42,216 nt of DNA, from contig JAJTXO010000001.1 in assembly GCA_021463315.1 (NCBI GenBank), positions 1 to 42,216 of the forward strand, in the 5' to 3' direction. The translations under genes and the position numbers were made by a program. Shown here one piece after another: positions 42,020 to 42,216 of the stretch (its first letter is position 1; every line of letters starts with the position of its first letter). The DNA is from Caldilineales bacterium (GTDB lineage Bacteria; Chloroflexota; Anaerolineae; JAAEKA01). The notes below the pieces were generated by a model. It ran no database searches, was not told the DNA's origin, and saw nothing but the letters and a program-made list of their open reading frames with translations.

Positions 42020-42216
42020 TAGTTCACGATTCTCACGCAAAGCCGTCAAAAATGCCAGGAATCTCTGCCCTTTGCGGTCTTTGCGCCTTTGCATGAGACA
42101 ACAATCGTGAAGTACTGAAATTCAGTAGTTCACGATTCTCACGCAAAGCCGTCAAAAATGCCAGGAATCTCTGCCCTTTGCGGTCTTTGCGCCTTTGCGT
42201 GAGACAACAATCGTGA
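42020..42216. repeat. Two tandem copies of a 91-bp palindromic (hairpin-forming) element, period 106 bp, running into the window edge
   Basis: 42020-42110 and 42126-42216 are identical except A/G at 42093/42199. Each unit has inverted termini: TTCACGATT..CTCACGCAAAG against CTTTGC(A/G)TGAGACAACAATCGTGA. Each unit also has three direct CTTTGC(G/A) copies spaced 8-9 nt. The 15-nt spacer contains the palindrome TACTGAAATTCAGTA (42113-42127). Confidence 0.8.

Noticed and set aside
42020-42216. Possible CRISPR array at the right edge.
   Set aside because: Only two copies are visible. The repeats are 91 bp with a 15-bp spacer, the opposite of CRISPR proportions. The units are themselves long palindromes, and no cas genes are present.

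Overview
This is 42.2 kb of high-GC bacterial chromosome. My guess at the source is a monoderm, possibly filamentous lineage such as Chloroflexota, based on Pro/Thr-rich extracytoplasmic linkers, a WXG100 gene and the repeat style; I cannot verify this here. All 24 credible CDS lie on the minus strand, and the long plus-strand ORFs look like antisense shadows. I recognised no rRNA, tRNA, CRISPR array, transposase or integrase.

In transcription order (right to left) the window contains:
- two tandem 91-bp palindromic elements;
- a WXG100-fused toxin-like gene with two small partner genes (41982-39626);
- a vWA-TM-FHA membrane protein plus a C39-like peptidase (39249-36149);
- an NB-ARC/STAND regulator flanked by phased short repeats, and a DJ-1/PfpI-like gene (35954-33965);
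- a very tightly packed array from 33760 down to about 2010;
- an ECF-type sigma factor translationally coupled to two zf-HC2 anti-sigma-like genes (1953-129).

The core of the array (33760-5959) is the main candidate for a novel system. It encodes two adjacent tubulin/FtsZ-like GTPases. One of them is the cytoplasmic end of a 1831-aa four-TM protein whose extracytoplasmic parts are a vWA domain and a TolB-like PD40 propeller. The core also encodes a 972-aa extracytoplasmic vWA/Ig-repeat protein, a Hanks-type kinase-fold protein with a degenerate paralog fused to helical repeats, a calcineurin-type metallophosphoesterase, and about 2,900 aa of TM-less helical proteins. I do not recognise this combination as a named system.

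The distal part of the array (about 2.7-7 kb) is clearly lower in GC. All domain calls rest on motifs read by eye from the translations. No searches were run.
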